The notes under the pieces: generated by a model
Databases searched by the model: none
What the model was told of the DNA's origin: nothing
What the model saw: the letters and a program-made list of their open reading frames with translations, nothing else
In this document: positions 46,117 through 55,439 of the stretch, one piece after another
Layout: each line of letters starts with the position of its first letter
Position numbering within the stretch: position 1 is the first letter of the stretch
Origin: a virus
DNA length: 64,000 nt
Virus record (IMG/VR): IMGVR_UViG_3300029922_000003
Strand: one strand, 5' to 3'
Translations under genes and position numbers: made by a program

Positions 46117-46905
46117 TTAATCAACTACTATTCTATCTGGTGGTAGTGGTAAGACAGCTTGGTTCCACCAAGCCCTATACTCTTCTGGAATTACGCTACC
46201 CTCACCCAGAGTCGTACCTATACTTAGTATGGGGTAATAGTCTGGACTGTATATACTAACTTCGATTATTGATAAGTCAGTATCTCTAGTTATCTGGACT
46301 AGATACCAAATTCTTTTTCTCCCTGGATAAATGAGCAATTCTGGGAAAGAGGCAAGTATCTCTGATTCATACATTAAAGCCCACTCACCTCCGCATGAGT
46401 ATAGAGTATTCTCATGAATCACTTTAAACATATACCGCTTAAATCCCTGATAGAACCATCTTTGAAGATCTTTGATTGACATAACATACTTATTCTCAAG
46501 TTTTATTAGTCCGTCTGTAGCGGGTCTCTCTAGGTCTGGGCTTATGGGCATCTTTAGTCGGGGTAAATCCAGGTCAAAAATTGGCCCATTCATTACATCT
46601 TTATAGCTGTTGGGTTTCGCCCACGTGGAGTGATAGAATATAGTATTACACTCAGTGATATATTTCTTGATCTCTGCCCGTGTGAAGGGGGCATCTAGGT
46701 GCTTAGGAACCAACCCTAACCTAGCAACTGCTATGGCCCCTGGAGATATGAATGTATTTAAGAGGTCGTTATGCCTCTGAATTCTAGCCCTTAGATTATA
46801 ATTATCTCGCCTCCTCCTTACATCATCGGGTACAGGATTTTTTTTCTGAACTATCTTGCACGGTGGCGGTGGCATTGGGATAAGTGACTTAGGTATGTGA
46901 GTCAT
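46117..46905 (-). CDS. Hypothetical protein
   Basis: 262-aa ORF. Confidence 0.7.
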   Translation of the reverse strand: MTHIPKSLIPMPPPPCKIVQKKNPVPDDVRRRRDNYNLRARIQRHNDLLNTFISPGAIAVARLGLVPKHLDAPFTRAEIKKYITECNTIFYHSTWAKPNSYKDVMNGPIFDLDLPRLKMPISPDLERPATDGLIKLENKYVMSIKDLQRWFYQGFKRYMFKVIHENTLYSCGGEWALMYESEILASFPELLIYPGRKRIWYLVQITRDTDLSIIEVSIYSPDYYPILSIGTTLGEGSVIPEEYRAWWNQAVLPLPPDRIVVD

Positions 46906-46938
46906 AATTGTTATATTTTAGGAAGAAACTTGCAATAG

Positions 46939-47985
46939 TTGGTGAGTTTGGATAAATTTATGGTAATCATCATGAAAGACTTCTACACTGACTTTGGCCA
47001 CAATTTTATTAAGATTTTCCAGAATAGGGAAGTTCCTTCTTTCGCTAAGGAAGCTGAGACGCTCGATTCTGAATACCTTCAGTCTCTTCCAGACTCCGCC
47101 TTTGCAGACTCTGATTCCCGATCACTTCCACTTACCGATGCCGGCAACGTTTATGTTAGCGCTGCCTACTACTATGGGGCAAACGAAAAGAGTGCTAGTG
47201 TAGAAGAGAGGATCGTCAAAGCAGCTCAGCTTTTCAATATCTCAAAAGAGGTAGAGGAGCTGGCTGCTGATCTCTCTGAAGAGAACTCAAAGACCGCTGC
47301 GGTTGTCTATCAGGATTGGGCAATTACCGTTACTGGAGTAGACAACATCACTCGTGTATTTGATGGATGTAGCGGGGAGTCTCTGAAGAAGTTTGCTAAG
47401 TACTTTGTGAATGACCTATTTGGAACATTTGATTTTAGTCAGAAAGTTTCCTGTGCAAAGCAGATCGCCGACAAGATGGCTTCTTACGACATTGAGATCC
47501 CAGAGCGCATCCTACAGGTCGCAGGACTGAATATCCCTAACACAGAGAAGGTCGCTCAGGAGATCAAAGCTCGTGCCGTTAGAATTCACGACAACAGCGA
47601 AAAGGTTGCTCTCTGCAAGATCGCAGACGACCTAATTGAATCTGACGACAAGGATATCAATGGTATGTTCAAGGTGGCACAGCTTCTGGAGATCTTTGAC
47701 AAGAAGCACTCTCTGGCTCGCCACTACGGGAAGTCCATCCAGGACCCATTTGCTAGCGTCTTTAATACTCCTCGTGCAGAAGCAGAAAAGCTTGCATCAG
47801 TAGTAGATCTTGGTGGAGACTCTTATTCTTATGAAGAGCTTTCCGAAATTCCACAGGGCGTGCTCAAGCTTGCCCTTTCTGAAGAGTCCGCCAAACTTGT
47901 TGGGGTTGGGACAGATGAATACAATCCATCAAAGCTGGCTAGCCTAAGCGAAGATGAGCGTACTCGTCTTTCGTCCTACCTGTAA
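46939..47985 (+). CDS. Helical hypothetical protein rich in K-x-A motifs (possible head/internal protein; likely start MKDFYT)
   Basis: 13 of 27 Lys are followed by Ala at +2. Confidence 0.7.
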   Translation: MVSLDKFMVIIMKDFYTDFGHNFIKIFQNREVPSFAKEAETLDSEYLQSLPDSAFADSDSRSLPLTDAGNVYVSAAYYYGANEKSASVEERIVKAAQLFNISKEVEELAADLSEENSKTAAVVYQDWAITVTGVDNITRVFDGCSGESLKKFAKYFVNDLFGTFDFSQKVSCAKQIADKMASYDIEIPERILQVAGLNIPNTEKVAQEIKARAVRIHDNSEKVALCKIADDLIESDDKDINGMFKVAQLLEIFDKKHSLARHYGKSIQDPFASVFNTPRAEAEKLASVVDLGGDSYSYEELSEIPQGVLKLALSEESAKLVGVGTDEYNPSKLASLSEDERTRLSSYL

Positions 47986-48686
47986 TGTTACTCCACAAGT
48001 CTAAAGACCAAGAGGTCTGCGGGGCTATTATGGCTCGCGCTGGCACGATGGCTACCGTATCCCATGCTATCGCCCTACACTTCTTCGGAACAGATATCTA
48101 CACCTGGGAACCCGAGACTCTCGCAATGGAGTTCAAGGACAAGCTTGATGTCGATATTGATGAAGAGAACTTGGATCGCCTTCATGCTATCATTGCCGCG
48201 ATTACTAGCGATAGCTTCCACAACGATTGGGTAGCTTTCAACGCTATTTGTTCTACCCTCAATGGAGAGAACGACCCCAACGACATCGCAGAGATGACGG
48301 TAGCGGAATTTGTCTGGGGGATCATAGAGGTCAGCCTTAATGAGGAAAAAGGAGATGAACACTTTTCTCCTGACATTGCAGCACTCGTTGGTACTATCCT
48401 GGATCAGGAGGGATTTGAGTCAGCGCCTATCCAATTGCACTTTGCCAAACTTCCAGAGAAATATGTGGATGGAGAATCTGAGCACGCAAAGCAGGATGCT
48501 CAGACAAGCTACCAGATGGGTCTATTGCAGGAGTATATTCGGGACCAAGCCCTAACGCTCTTTAAGCAAATCAATGCTTTACCTTGGCTGTCCAAAGGGG
48601 ACATCCACGATATAACAGAAGCCCTATCAGACGAGATAAAATCGGTTTCGAGTAAATACAAGGGCGACCCTGTGTACGGTTCCTAA
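47985..48686 (+). CDS. Acidic hypothetical protein (putative head-associated)
   Basis: 233 aa; TAATG coupling to the upstream gene. Confidence 0.7.
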   Translation: MLLHKSKDQEVCGAIMARAGTMATVSHAIALHFFGTDIYTWEPETLAMEFKDKLDVDIDEENLDRLHAIIAAITSDSFHNDWVAFNAICSTLNGENDPNDIAEMTVAEFVWGIIEVSLNEEKGDEHFSPDIAALVGTILDQEGFESAPIQLHFAKLPEKYVDGESEHAKQDAQTSYQMGLLQEYIRDQALTLFKQINALPWLSKGDIHDITEALSDEIKSVSSKYKGDPVYGS

Positions 48687-48699
48687 TCTCCAGCATCTA

Positions 48700-49110
48700 A
48701 CAAAAAGCACACAGTTCTGGTGTACAGGAATCCATCCCCAACGCAGCAGGTCGCTTTTGATTGAATCAAAATCCGCTTGTATGGATTCTGATTCGGGCGA
48801 CCCACTCGCGTGGGGTATGGTTGGTTTTGTGAGCTTTTTGTTTTTCCCCTAAGGGGTAGGTATTACTTTTTACAGAAAGTGGATCCCACCCCCCGAGGCA
48901 AGGGGGAGTGGGATTTTGGTTGTATCTTGTTATACCCAACAAGACCCTGACCAGGGTTTCGCTTTGAATAAATCAAAGCAAAAAGGTTCTGCGATTTAGA
49001 GCACAACAAAACCGTTCACCAGTAAACAAAAACTTTTGTGTTTTAATTTACTACAGTTTTTTCACAGTGTATTTCTAAACCGCAGAGGTGTTTTCCCTCC
49101 CCAGGGAAAT
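48700..49110. ncRNA. Hairpin-dense non-coding region (structured RNA or cis element)
   Basis: TTTTGATT-G-AATCAAAA, GAATCCAT/ATGGATTC, CAAAAAGC/GCTTTTTG, ATCCCAC/GTGGGAT, TCTTGTT/AACAAGA, GCTTTGA/TCAAAGC. Confidence 0.45.
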
Positions 49111-49183
49111 TGGCTGGGACGAAGGAATTGAACCTCGGATTTCCCTGCTTACACAAGGTGTCTTATCATTAGACGATCCCAGA
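49111..49183 (-). tRNA. Degenerate tRNA (Thr-UGU-like ancestry) with a 6-nt anticodon loop
   Basis: TCTGGGA/TCCCAGC acceptor (1-72 mismatch), GTCT-AATGATA-AGAC D arm, CCTTG-TGTAAG-CAGGG, GAGG-TTCAATT-CCTT T arm. Confidence 0.6.
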
Positions 49184-49190
49184 AAATCAT

Positions 49191-49461
49191 ACTACGGCTC
49201 AGGTCGCTATCTACCTTCAAAGACGAGGGACTCGGCCTTATCAGTTGTAGACCCCTCAATGACCGTAGCTTTATCTCTTTCGAGATAAATTGGCCTGGTG
49301 TTGGGACTTGTACCCCTCTTGATCGGCAGCCCACCAGGGAAGTGCCAATGAGCTTTCTTTCTGCAGAAATTGTCCAGTCCCAGTCCATGGTATTGGACAA
49401 GGGACTGGAGGTTAACCTACAAGAGCTGGGAAAGCTCAAGTCGGTTTGGGTCTCGACTCCC
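49191..49461 (-). ncRNA. Structured RNA block including a CCA-ending minihelix-like module
   Basis: GCTACGG/CCGTAGT domain; TTTATCTC-GAAA-GAGATAAA; CCTGGTG/CACCAGG-CCA with GGG-TACAAGT-CCC; TCCAGTCCC/GGGACTGGA; GAGCTTT/AAAGCTC. Confidence 0.45.
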
Positions 49462-50103
49462 TTAATTTTGTTTTAAAATTGGGTAAAGAACTTCTGGTGG
49501 AATAACTGCATTGCTTTTGGTTGGTATCCTAAATACTGACCACCCAGAGCTACGCAAAATACCATCTCTGTAAGAGTCCTCTGCTTTCATGCTTTCGTGC
49601 TCGTCTCCATCAAACTCTACAACTATTTTTCTGTTTATTAGAGCAAGGTCGTGGACAAAGTCAAGGGTAGGGATCCTGTACTCAAACTCATACGCTTCTT
49701 TTTGAAATTCAAGAAAATCTTTCAGGCGTACATATTTCCATGCCTCTCTCTTTTTTAGAGTTTCTTCAACCGAAATAAGGTTTGTTCCACACGTAGCCCT
49801 ACCACCCCTGGCGTTACCCTCTAATCTATTTTCAGTTATACTCCCCCTTGATGCACAGCTTGGGGTACAAAAAGTTTTTCTATTCTTACCAGAAACTGTA
49901 TCAAACTCCTTTTTGCAATGTGGACACACTGCATGTATTTCTACTACCCTATTTGGTCTTATTGAGTTCCTATAGCTTGCAGAACAAGAAAGGGAGCAGA
50001 AGAACTTGTCTGCCCCCTTTCTAATTTGCCTACTTATTTCTCCCTTGGGTTTGTAGGCTGGTTCATCACAGTAATGGCAAATTATTTTAATTGAGTTTTT
50101 CAT
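49462..50103 (-). CDS. Vsr-like/DUF559 (EDxHD-type) endonuclease with N-terminal Zn-finger repeats; putative free-standing homing endonuclease
   Basis: CHYC...FCSLSC, CPHC...FCTPSC; DLAL...VVEFDGDEH...D..RD..L...GWSVFRI. Confidence 0.82.
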   Translation of the reverse strand: MKNSIKIICHYCDEPAYKPKGEISRQIRKGADKFFCSLSCSASYRNSIRPNRVVEIHAVCPHCKKEFDTVSGKNRKTFCTPSCASRGSITENRLEGNARGGRATCGTNLISVEETLKKREAWKYVRLKDFLEFQKEAYEFEYRIPTLDFVHDLALINRKIVVEFDGDEHESMKAEDSYRDGILRSSGWSVFRIPTKSNAVIPPEVLYPILKQN

Positions 50104-50112
50104 GTCTCAATT

Positions 50113-50141
50113 ATTAAATCACATTATGGAGAAGCAGTCAA
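50113..50141 (-). promoter_or_regulatory. Sigma70-like promoter for the endonuclease (near-leaderless)
   Basis: TTGACT-17 nt-TTTAAT, 9 nt before the ATG. Confidence 0.45.
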
Positions 50142-50161
50142 CAGAACTTGATGGAGATAAA

Positions 50162-50595
50162 TGGTGGAGGCGACGACATACGATAGTCGTGTCCACTGTA
50201 ATCTTCAACTAACCTTTATACACGCTTCGTTCATCTAATCAAGGGCTGTAGCGATGAACAACTACAGGGCCCAGGTTTTCAACTTAACGCAATTGATGCA
50301 TGCTTGGCTGAACCCTCATTAAGCAATTGAGGTGCCCTTTTGAAGTTCTGGGCATCGGGCGTCCCTGAACCGTGACGCTATGAGCGATCCTGCTTATTAG
50401 GCAGCTGCGAGCTCGTAGGAATCTTCATTGCTGAAGAGAACCTCGGCTGCATTGACCATTGCTGATCGGATCGACGTAGCTGCATTACGAATAGTAGCTG
50501 CATTTAGTCTTTTTACCAGATGATTAAAGAGGCCAACTGATATCCTCTACGTGTGGGTTGTGTCTCAGATTTCAATGTCGAATCCTTGCGCCCCC
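50162..50595 (-). ncRNA. ssrA: tmRNA; tag (A)AATIRNAATSIRSAMVNAAEVLFSNEDSYELAAA
   Basis: 5' GGGGGCG-CAAGGATTCGAC; 3' GGAC...CGCCTCC-A-CCA with a G3-U70 Ala identity pair; resume GCA at 50501 after TAAAT; tandem TAA TAA stops. Confidence 0.92.
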
Positions 50596-50609
50596 TAAAT
50601 CTTCTACTA

Positions 50610-51170
50610 CTATCCCAGAATTACCTGGGATTGTAAACCGAATAGTATTGGCTTTTGCGATACTTCCTTATGGAAGCATTCCTAACCAACCTATTCACTG
50701 AGTTCATAAACATAATGATACAACAGGAGAAGCTCCCTCTATGATATATACCCTCATTCTAGAATTTGGTATCCTTCACATAGCGCGGTAAAGTCGGTTA
50801 CGTCCCACTTTAGCGCCTGCCAACCTCACGCACGAACTTACGTATAAGCACACCGGGATATACGCACTCTTTGTGCTTGAGATTCTCTAAATTTGGAGTG
50901 GGGGCATTGAAGTAGGTTTTATGCTAAAAACATAGAGTCGTTTTCTCCTTCTTCGTTGCCCCCACAAATTGTTCCCCACCCTATATAGATTTGCAAGCTC
51001 TAAACGACATTACTCTCGCCAGTCTTCGCTCTGGGTCTTAGGTGTCGGCCTCACCCCTGTGAGATGGGGCTGGCTAGGGTGTCAACTTTTAGGTAGCAGA
51101 ACTTGCATTCCTGCTAGAACCCTAAAAGTTGAAATTGGGATATCTCTGGAGGTAATATGTAATTACTAAC
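50610..51170 (-). ncRNA. ORF-free structured region between the repeated promoter and tmRNA
   Basis: ATCCCAG/CTGGGAT, GCGC..TAAAGT/ACTTTA..GCGC, TGGGGGCA/TGCCCCCA, TCAACTTTTAGG/CCTAAAAGTTGA with inner TAGCAG/CTGCTA. Confidence 0.4.
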
Positions 51171-51171
51171 T

Positions 51172-51216
51172 CCAATATATTATGGCAAAACAGGAGTACT
51201 TTTATACCCCCCCCTC
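51172..51216 (-). promoter_or_regulatory. Repeated phage promoter-like motif, copy 2
   Basis: 38/45 identical to 17053-17097. Confidence 0.6.
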
Positions 51217-51218
51217 TA

Positions 51219-51992
51219 CTAATTTGTAACAGACATCGTACCCTCTAGAAGTCTCTTAACCGTGCTACCACTTGTCAGCGTTAAGGTATATACATATGTT
51301 CCCACTGTAATAGTGGATGTATCTTCAGAAGAAATATTTAGAGCAATCGTGCCGGCCTCGCCACCAAGAGCAATTCTTTCATTGCTGGTAGAAAGGGTGA
51401 AGATCGCTGAGTCGCTACTTAAGCTATTCTTGATCAGCATCTCTGCAGTATACCCAGTAAGATTGACTGGCTCGCCTGCAGAATTCCAGGTGATTATCTT
51501 GCTGAATGTAGACCCATTGATGATGTACATATTCAGGGTGTTAGTCTGAGATGGGTATGCATCAATGGTGTTTGTCGTAGGAGTAGTCTGAAGTTGGATA
51601 GTAGAGGAGGATGGGTACTCGACAATATTCACCGTACCGGTGTTGTAGGCAGACCACACATCCTTACTTCCATCATCTCTAAGTTGGAATACGTCCCAGT
51701 AATACACACCAGGAGAAAGTCTTGATGTCGTATCAGCGCCAACAGAGAACTCTGCTATCCCACCCTGACCATTCTGTGGAAATACAATCTGCTGGAACAC
51801 AACCGAATTAGATCCGAATGACCTTGTACTAATGGTGAACAATAGTCGTTTTGTACCAGGCTTGAATTGTACATAAACCTGGAACGACTCACCAATTCCG
51901 TAGGACAAGGGATCTGAGCCCCCTATTGGAGCTTGTACTCCTGGGATTATGATTGAGCTTGGATTAGCTAGGTTGCCTTCAAAGATTTCCAT
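51219..51992 (-). CDS. Virion protein with two BppU-like/Ig-like beta domains
   Basis: GSTFSKIITW...VNLTGYTAEM...GTIALNIS..DT...YVYTL...RLLEG pattern, duplicated. Confidence 0.6.
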   Translation of the reverse strand: MEIFEGNLANPSSIIIPGVQAPIGGSDPLSYGIGESFQVYVQFKPGTKRLLFTISTRSFGSNSVVFQQIVFPQNGQGGIAEFSVGADTTSRLSPGVYYWDVFQLRDDGSKDVWSAYNTGTVNIVEYPSSSTIQLQTTPTTNTIDAYPSQTNTLNMYIINGSTFSKIITWNSAGEPVNLTGYTAEMLIKNSLSSDSAIFTLSTSNERIALGGEAGTIALNISSEDTSTITVGTYVYTLTLTSGSTVKRLLEGTMSVTN

Positions 51993-51993
51993 A

Positions 51994-53550
51994 TTACAGT
52001 CCTACTTGAGTCCAGTTGGTGATTATGCCGTTAGAGATCCCGATGGTATTGGTGACAAACGCTGCGGTGTTGGTTGTACTAATAGAGATCAAAGTAATAT
52101 TGGTTGTTATCCCATTACCAATACCAAGGTTCACCAAAGAGTTAGATGCATTTGTTCCTCCAGTTCCACCAAGGGAAAGTGGCACTGGCGTTCCACTAGC
52201 TATAGCTTGCAAATTAGAACTATAGGCTTGTACATTAGTACCAATCGAAACTCCCATTGCAGCCCTAGCAGTACTTCCAGAGACAGCCGTCCAGCTGCTT
52301 GATATACTAGCCAGGAACTGATTTGCTGATGGGGTCCCTATCGAAGAGATCGATTGAAGATTTGCATTAAAGGCTTGAACATTTGTTCCGATACTCAACC
52401 CCAGGGTCGTAACCAAAGACGCTGGTGATGCATTAGTCCAATTTGTAGAAACACCTCCAATGAGTACATAGTTGTTTGTTGGGACCACAGCAGAAACACT
52501 TGTTAGGTTGGAGCTGAATGCCTGAACGTTTGTACCAATAGACAACCCAAGAGAGCCAACAAATTGAGATGCGGTTTGTAGCACCCAGTTCGTAGATCCG
52601 CCTACAAGCACAGAGTTTGATGTAGGTACACCAAGAGTGCCGATCTGATTTAAAGACGAGCTATATGCTTCTACATTTGTTCCAATAGATAGTCCTAGGG
52701 ATGACTGAGCCGTTACTTGGTTGGTTCCACCGGTACCACCGTTAGATAAAGTCAGAGCCGAGGGCAATGCAATGCCTCCAGAGAATGTCTGAAGAAGTGG
52801 CCACGTATTGTTTGTATACACCCTCGCATACAGATTGTCGGCACTCGTTGAGTTTAGTGCATAACTCCTATAGGTGGAAACTACAGCTGAGTTTGTGTTA
52901 AAAAACCCATTAGTCCCTAGGTTTGACACAATCACATTTGCATTTGTAAAAACAAAGTCATTTGTAGATGAGAACACACTATTACTGAAGTTTATAGAAA
53001 GCCCGTTTGAAGCACTAGCAGAAGGGAGAGATAGGTTTCCGGTTATAGTTCCAGACCCCAAATAAAAGTTTCCAGGTCCACTAATTGACCAACTGAACCC
53101 AGTATATCCAGTGTTTGCCGCACCGACTGTTTGTGCTGTCGCAAAATAAATAGTGCTCTGACCACCTCTAATAACTATCGGCTGATTAAATCCAGAATCT
53201 AAACTGATACCATATAGGGTTAGTGCATCATTCTCAATTAATCCAACATTTACGTGAGACATAGAGATTGTATTAGATGTAAATGTAAGTCCCTGGACAA
53301 CAGCTAGGCCAGATCCAGATTTTACCCAAAAAGATCCATTAGTTGCACTCACAAAACCAGGGAATAGGTTTGTGCCCGGAACCAGTGCGTTGCTATCTAG
53401 CGGTGCATATCCATTGGTAACACCTCTTGCAATTAGTGGTTGGTACCCAGCATTTCCAGCTAAGGTAGATGATACATTAAGGGCACTAGACTGAGAGAAT
53501 CCAGTAGCGCACAAGGCCAAGAACAGTAGTGTAGTTAGTATTTTTTTCAT
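51994..53550 (-). CDS. Tail-fibre-like repeat protein with a Sec-type signal peptide
   Basis: MKKILTTLLFLALCATGFS|Q; four LG(L/V)SIGTNV(Q/E)A repeats; L(S/T)xGGTGGTN motifs. Confidence 0.65.
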   Translation of the reverse strand: MKKILTTLLFLALCATGFSQSSALNVSSTLAGNAGYQPLIARGVTNGYAPLDSNALVPGTNLFPGFVSATNGSFWVKSGSGLAVVQGLTFTSNTISMSHVNVGLIENDALTLYGISLDSGFNQPIVIRGGQSTIYFATAQTVGAANTGYTGFSWSISGPGNFYLGSGTITGNLSLPSASASNGLSINFSNSVFSSTNDFVFTNANVIVSNLGTNGFFNTNSAVVSTYRSYALNSTSADNLYARVYTNNTWPLLQTFSGGIALPSALTLSNGGTGGTNQVTAQSSLGLSIGTNVEAYSSSLNQIGTLGVPTSNSVLVGGSTNWVLQTASQFVGSLGLSIGTNVQAFSSNLTSVSAVVPTNNYVLIGGVSTNWTNASPASLVTTLGLSIGTNVQAFNANLQSISSIGTPSANQFLASISSSWTAVSGSTARAAMGVSIGTNVQAYSSNLQAIASGTPVPLSLGGTGGTNASNSLVNLGIGNGITTNITLISISTTNTAAFVTNTIGISNGIITNWTQVGL

Positions 53551-53876
53551 CCTAGTTTTTTTAGATTAACTCCGGTTTGGGTAGATGTGTATGCATAAAT
53601 TGGTTCGTTTATGGAAAGGGTTTTCTTTAGTTTCTGCAGATCATCTTCAGAGAGATTTATTATAGCAGATAGGGCTTTGTCAGATATATCAGAAAGAATA
53701 TTGTTTGCTTGGCAAGTGGTACACCGCTCTTTTCTACCAGCCTCGGTTATCTTAGCTTTAGCTGCTTCAAATATAGGGTGTAAGGCTGGAATGTCTTTTA
53801 TTACGGCAGCAGTAGATACAATATTTAGAGCCTTCTTCTTAGTGATTATCATGATGTTAGGCACCAACGAATACAA
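53547..53876 (-). CDS. Hypothetical protein with CxxC
   Basis: 109 aa. Confidence 0.6.
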   Translation of the reverse strand: MYSLVPNIMIITKKKALNIVSTAAVIKDIPALHPIFEAAKAKITEAGRKERCTTCQANNILSDISDKALSAIINLSEDDLQKLKKTLSINEPIYAYTSTQTGVNLKKLG

Positions 53877-54582
53877 TAGAATTACTTCCAGATGCTAGTG
53901 CGGCAGTTGTTGTGTATACATTGTACAGTACTGGGGCCCCGTACTTGTTGGTAAGAGTTACAGTGGAAAAATTAGTGGCTGTAGAAGTGCCATTCACAGA
54001 CAAGGATGACGTACCTATTGTGGCTGGATAACAGAATGAGTAGTAGTTAGACCCACTAGAGGTTTCCGATACAGTGAGTGATGTAGAGAATGATGTGTCT
54101 GATTGTAGTGCTGTAAGGTCAGATCCAGATGGAGTAGCGGTGGTATTCCCGTAGTATCTTGGGAAGGCATCAGCTGGATACATAGCAACAACATCTGGGG
54201 ATGTGTTGATCAAAAGGTCGTTTGCTGTAGCTAGTGACAGAACGTCCTGAGATATCACACTCCATGCATTGTCTAAATCTTGTGGAGACTTAAAAACCAT
54301 CTCTAGTGAGGATACACGGAAGAAGTTTGATCCATCAGGGTCTGGAGCATTTGGGGGGATAGACTCTAGCTCGTCTACAGAAGCAACTGAATACAGCGTG
54401 TCGCATACTCCATCAGTGTATGAGCTGTTTACATCCCTTTGCATTACGAATATTTCTGGAACTATATTGTATGCAGTATCTACATATACTTTCATACCAT
54501 AACCAACGAATCCAGAGATTGGGGTACTAGAGCTCTTATAACTAGAGCTTGTCTCTCTCTTTAGTAGCAAAACCGTATTCAT
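53857..54582 (-). CDS. Putative virion structural protein (start MNTVLL)
   Basis: Ser/Thr-rich beta C-terminal domain; lies in the tail cluster. Confidence 0.6.
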   Translation of the reverse strand: MNTVLLLKRETSSSYKSSSTPISGFVGYGMKVYVDTAYNIVPEIFVMQRDVNSSYTDGVCDTLYSVASVDELESIPPNAPDPDGSNFFRVSSLEMVFKSPQDLDNAWSVISQDVLSLATANDLLINTSPDVVAMYPADAFPRYYGNTTATPSGSDLTALQSDTSFSTSLTVSETSSGSNYYSFCYPATIGTSSLSVNGTSTATNFSTVTLTNKYGAPVLYNVYTTTAALASGSNSIVFVGA

Positions 54583-54592
54583 TAAGCTTATT

Positions 54593-55024
54593 TTACTGAA
54601 AAATAGCCTGATAGCAAACACCATCTGTCCCGCCAGCACATCCAACCTGACCAACGGGGCCAGTAGCTACGGGAGTACTAAAGTCTGGTATCCCAGTGGG
54701 ACCTATAGGACCAGTAGCCCCTTGTGGTCCAGTAGGTCCAATACTACCAGCGGGAGTAGGATTCCCAGGAGGACCGGCACCACCCTGTGGTCCAGCAGGT
54801 CCAGCAGGTCCAGCAGGACCAACAGGACCAACAGGACCAACAGGACCAGCAACTGCCTCACTATACGGCCCCGTAGGGCCTGTACAGCCAATAGGGCCTG
54901 GCGCACCATCTAGTGCTACAGAAACTACAGTTTTAGGTATTTTAGGGCATAGTGAATCTATGGGTCCAGATGGGACTTCGCACCCCTGAATTACCGGTGC
55001 ATTAAATAAGCAGTCAGATTCCAT
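54593..55024 (-). CDS. Collagen-like (Gly-X-Y) protein, paralog 3
   Basis: DCLF..P.I.GC....DSLCPKI, GCTGP, (GPx)n, C-terminal Cys. Confidence 0.85.
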   Translation of the reverse strand: MESDCLFNAPVIQGCEVPSGPIDSLCPKIPKTVVSVALDGAPGPIGCTGPTGPYSEAVAGPVGPVGPVGPAGPAGPAGPQGGAGPPGNPTPAGSIGPTGPQGATGPIGPTGIPDFSTPVATGPVGQVGCAGGTDGVCYQAIFQ

Positions 55025-55025
55025 A

Positions 55026-55439
55026 TTAAGCCCAGGTACATTTTACACAACTACTGCACATAGATCCACCAGTTCCACCAGGAGATCCAGCTGCACCAGC
55101 TGATGGCGTTGGCCCAACTCCTCCCACAACTCCAGTGGGACCAACAGGGCCTACGGGACCCACGGGACCAGTAGGACCAACAGGGCCAGCGGGGCCTGCA
55201 GGACCGGCTGGGCCGACAGGGCCAACTGGACCAGCTGGACCAAGGGGGCCTGGTAATCCTACAGATAGGGGAGAGATTAACCCTGCTGGACCTGTACAAC
55301 CTACTGGTCCATCTATACCTTGATTAGATACAGAAGTTGGTGGAATTGGTTGTATCTTTGGACACAGTGGATCCACACCAACAGAAATTGTTGGGCAATC
55401 TAAAATTATGGGGTCATTAAATAAACAGTCTTGGGTCAT
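55026..55439 (-). CDS. Collagen-like protein, paralog 2 (start MTQDC, ATGA overlap)
   Basis: Same architecture; ends CSSCVKC. Confidence 0.85.
   Translation of the reverse strand: MTQDCLFNDPIILDCPTISVGVDPLCPKIQPIPPTSVSNQGIDGPVGCTGPAGLISPLSVGLPGPLGPAGPVGPVGPAGPAGPAGPVGPTGPVGPVGPVGPTGVVGGVGPTPSAGAAGSPGGTGGSMCSSCVKCTWA

Noticed and set aside
49329-49420. RNase P RNA (GGAAGTGCCA and GGTTAACC resemble conserved regions)
   Set aside because: The GAGGAAAGUCC and terminal ACAxAAxxCGGC P4 motifs are absent.
49191-50160. Group I intron hosting the Vsr-like nuclease
   Set aside because: P7 (GACU/AGUC) elements are not found in the right order, and there is no interrupted exon pair.
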